Notes under the pieces: model-generated
Database searches by the model: none
What the model was told of the DNA's origin: nothing
What the model saw: the letters and a program-made list of their open reading frames with translations, nothing else
Translations under genes and position numbers: made by a program
Origin: Bdellovibrionota bacterium
GTDB lineage: Bacteria; Bdellovibrionota_C; UBA2361; JBGSMV01
Assembly: GCA_041739995.1 (NCBI GenBank)
Contig: JBGSMV010000047.1
Location: forward strand, 96,001-160,000
DNA length: 64,000 bases
Direction of reading: 5' to 3'
Shown here: positions 61,689 to 64,000 of the stretch, one piece after another
Layout of the letters: every line of letters begins with the position of its first letter
Position numbering within the stretch: the first letter of the stretch is position 1

Positions 61689-63175
61689 GTTCTTAACCTC
61701 GGTCGCTTGATAATTTGAAATAAAGCTTTGAAGAGGTTGCTTAGATAGGTTGCATCTGGAGTCTCAAAATACTCTCCGGGCGGAAAAGAGGGACCATAGC
61801 GTGGAATGCATAGAGAGTGTTCTTGATACCCTATTGGCTCGAATGCTGGATCCGCTGGTCCAAGCAAGTTGTTGGTGAGGCGTACGGTGTTGGTGAGCCG
61901 TCTAAATAAATATGGACGAGTGCGAAATTGAATCTGATCTTCTGGTAGCAGGTGTGTCTCGGCACGCTCAGAACAGGTTTGGAACGGGACTCGATCGCCT
62001 TCTTCCATACACCAGTTTTCCCCGGATGCGCCAAGGCCTACCCCAAGCACAGGAATGTTCATAGATCTGAGCAGGTCAGACTGAACGATTGCGGCATAGG
62101 CATGACGTTGGGCACATTCGGGAATGATGGTGTAAGTCCTTCGCCCTGAGGAATCCCTCTCGGCGGTATAGTAGCATGTCGCTGAACTGGCGGCGGAAAT
62201 CGCGGCATATCCGCAATGATGGGAGCCGTTGTTTGGGTTTGGCGCAGGACGATCGTGCGGAGAGTGTGTGGGTGCACCATCAGACATAAGTACGACATAC
62301 CGAGCGACTGATGGGTCAAGATTCGCATTATTGAAAAGACCCCTCGCTAGACTAAGTCCACATGAAATGCAGGTACCGCCGTTTGAGGTAAGTTGATCAA
62401 TAATTCCGTCTTGGCCTGTAATTGGATTGTTGATGGTTTGATCTTTGCAACGACTCTCTCCCGGTAGATCGGAGCAGGGCACAAGAGGCTGGAGCGCGCG
62501 ACTTCCGGCGACAAAGCTGCTGCCGCTGCCGCTGGTGCTTATGCTGTTGAAACCTACCACTCCTATGAAGTCTGTATCATCTAAATCAGCGATAAAGCTC
62601 TTCGCCGCCTGTTTGAGTAGGCAAGCCTTTGTGCAACGCCCGTTGCTCATACGGCAGGCATTCGAAACAGAGCATTCTTGAGAAGCCTTCATGGATCCAG
62701 ATTCATCGAGGACGAGCACCACTGCCACTCTGCGCCCTCCTCCGCCAGCTCTCGCATTAACCACTTCATAGCTCGCCAACTCGGGCAGCAGGGCATGAAG
62801 AATAAAGGTTTGGGCGGGAGTGTCGGCGTTTGCATTGATTTGCCCTCGGTCGACGTTAACGGTTATGGATGATGCCGGACGTGAATCAGTAGCGTCGGGG
62901 TGGTAAATGCCTGATGCCCGCATGTTGGCAATGATAAAGCTAGTAGTAGCTGCCCTGAGAGTGTCATCATCTGAATTGCTACTATCAAGCATGGCCGAGA
63001 TCACCCCTGCATCTACGGCGCGCTGTAAGTAGAGTTGGGTTAAGAACATGTTGCCGGCATCGATTGCAAGTCCCGCGACGGCGAGTAGGGCACTAAATAT
63101 GAGGAATGCGAGCGGAAAGAACGCACCACCTTCGCTTCCACGCACAGATACTTTGCTAAAAAATCGTTGCATCAT
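61685..63175 (-). CDS. TadG-like pseudopilin with VWA domain
   Basis: EGGAFF plus TM helix, LQRAVDAG, VLVLDESGSM (MIDAS), GGT, LMSDG. Confidence 0.88.
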   Translation of the reverse strand: MMQRFFSKVSVRGSEGGAFFPLAFLIFSALLAVAGLAIDAGNMFLTQLYLQRAVDAGVISAMLDSSNSDDDTLRAATTSFIIANMRASGIYHPDATDSRPASSITVNVDRGQINANADTPAQTFILHALLPELASYEVVNARAGGGGRRVAVVLVLDESGSMKASQECSVSNACRMSNGRCTKACLLKQAAKSFIADLDDTDFIGVVGFNSISTSGSGSSFVAGSRALQPLVPCSDLPGESRCKDQTINNPITGQDGIIDQLTSNGGTCISCGLSLARGLFNNANLDPSVARYVVLMSDGAPTHSPHDRPAPNPNNGSHHCGYAAISAASSATCYYTAERDSSGRRTYTIIPECAQRHAYAAIVQSDLLRSMNIPVLGVGLGASGENWCMEEGDRVPFQTCSERAETHLLPEDQIQFRTRPYLFRRLTNTVRLTNNLLGPADPAFEPIGYQEHSLCIPRYGPSFPPGEYFETPDATYLSNLFKALFQIIKRPRLRT

Positions 63176-64000
63176 AGGCCACCAAACTTTCTGAAAGTTG
63201 AGGTTGATTACCGTACCGTAGACTCGTCTCCGCGATGAAAATGCGTTTTCTGAAGTTGAAGAGCACGAGCAACTCAGGCGATTGAATGATGCGCTCGTTG
63301 TTAAAGCGAGTGACGAGAGTCAGCCTCGAAGCGGCTGATTGTGTTTCCGTCGGACGTCCCACAGGGGGATCTAACGGATTAGTTGACGGGTAGTTGGTGC
63401 AGTCTTCGATGTTGTCGAAATCTATCGGTAAAAGCAGGCTGTTGTGTTCAACAAAAGGGTTGAGTTCTAGGGGTTTGCAGGCAGAAGGAGGGCCGGTAAC
63501 TGGTACAGGCTCTGTTGTCCCTACAGGCTCAATGCTTTCCAACTCCGGGCATGTACAGGTGCAGCCTATACTTTGAGTAGGGCAAAGAGCGCCAGCACTG
63601 TCATAACATGAAAAGGAATTGCAATCGTATGCCGTGACGACGGATGCATAGTTGGAAAGAGAGTGTCCCGAGAGATTATCGAACAGAAATTTTGCCTCGA
63701 CCAAACATGCGTCAACTTCATTCATCGGTGTGGATGAATCGTTTAGTACCGCTCTACAGTCTCGCATGGCATGATTTGCGAGCTCTCGGCTTAAATTTGA
63801 GTTCTCGCTTTTGGCAAAGAGCACGTCAGAGACGGCAGTGACGCCGAAGAGAATGCCAAAAAGAATAGGAACAAATAAAGTGAGTTCAACGAGTGAAGAT
63901 GCGCGCTCTGTGTCTAGAGAGTAGCGATTTGCTACCTTGAACGCTCGTCCAAGGGAGAGCGAATTACGCGAAGAATGCAGAACCCTGCGTATGGGATAAG
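63156..64000 (-). CDS. TadE-like pseudopilin, Cys-rich, 5' end beyond the window
   Basis: Frame stays open upstream of 63824 to the window edge and reads ERASSLVELTLFVPILFGILFG (TadE-type motif). Confidence 0.75.
   Translation of the reverse strand, partial: YPIRRVLHSSRNSLSLGRAFKVANRYSLDTERASSLVELTLFVPILFGILFGVTAVSDVLFAKSENSNLSRELANHAMRDCRAVLNDSSTPMNEVDACLVEAKFLFDNLSGHSLSNYASVVTAYDCNSFSCYDSAGALCPTQSIGCTCTCPELESIEPVGTTEPVPVTGPPSACKPLELNPFVEHNSLLLPIDFDNIEDCTNYPSTNPLDPPVGRPTETQSAASRLTLVTRFNNERIIQSPELLVLFNFRKRIFIAETSLRYGNQPQLSESLVAYDATIF

Overview
Chromosomal, mostly housekeeping window from a bacterium that looks deltaproteobacterial in the broad sense (Bdellovibrionota/Myxococcota-like). This placement is an inference from the MXAN_5187-type protein, stand-alone atpIBE, bacillithiol genes and caa3 oxidase layout. 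The window spans the probable replication origin (dnaA-oriC-dnaN-recF-gyrB). It also carries an A2-type caa3 cytochrome c oxidase operon, a double-length UvrA, cysK plus a trans-sulfuration enzyme, bshC/bshB1/bshA, an interrupted ABC-2 transporter, glmU, F0 ATP synthase genes, trxB, a biotin carboxylase, gmhA, an NtrC-type regulator, a Tat-signal Fe/Mn SOD, two GT-C glycosyltransferases and Tad pseudopilins. I saw no rRNA, tRNA, CRISPR array, transposase or prophage. Three signals stand out. (1) Several families of small palindromic elements are bounded by CTAG; seven genes end on the TAG of an element's terminal CTAG, and the whole 584-bp uvrA-cysK gap is a chain of such modules. (2) Two tandem paralogous 81-aa peptides with a conserved N-terminal part and a variable C-terminus lie antisense inside the bacillithiol cluster. 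(3) An unlisted 43-aa basic ORF follows gyrB. All calls are by-eye motif recognition; no searches were run.
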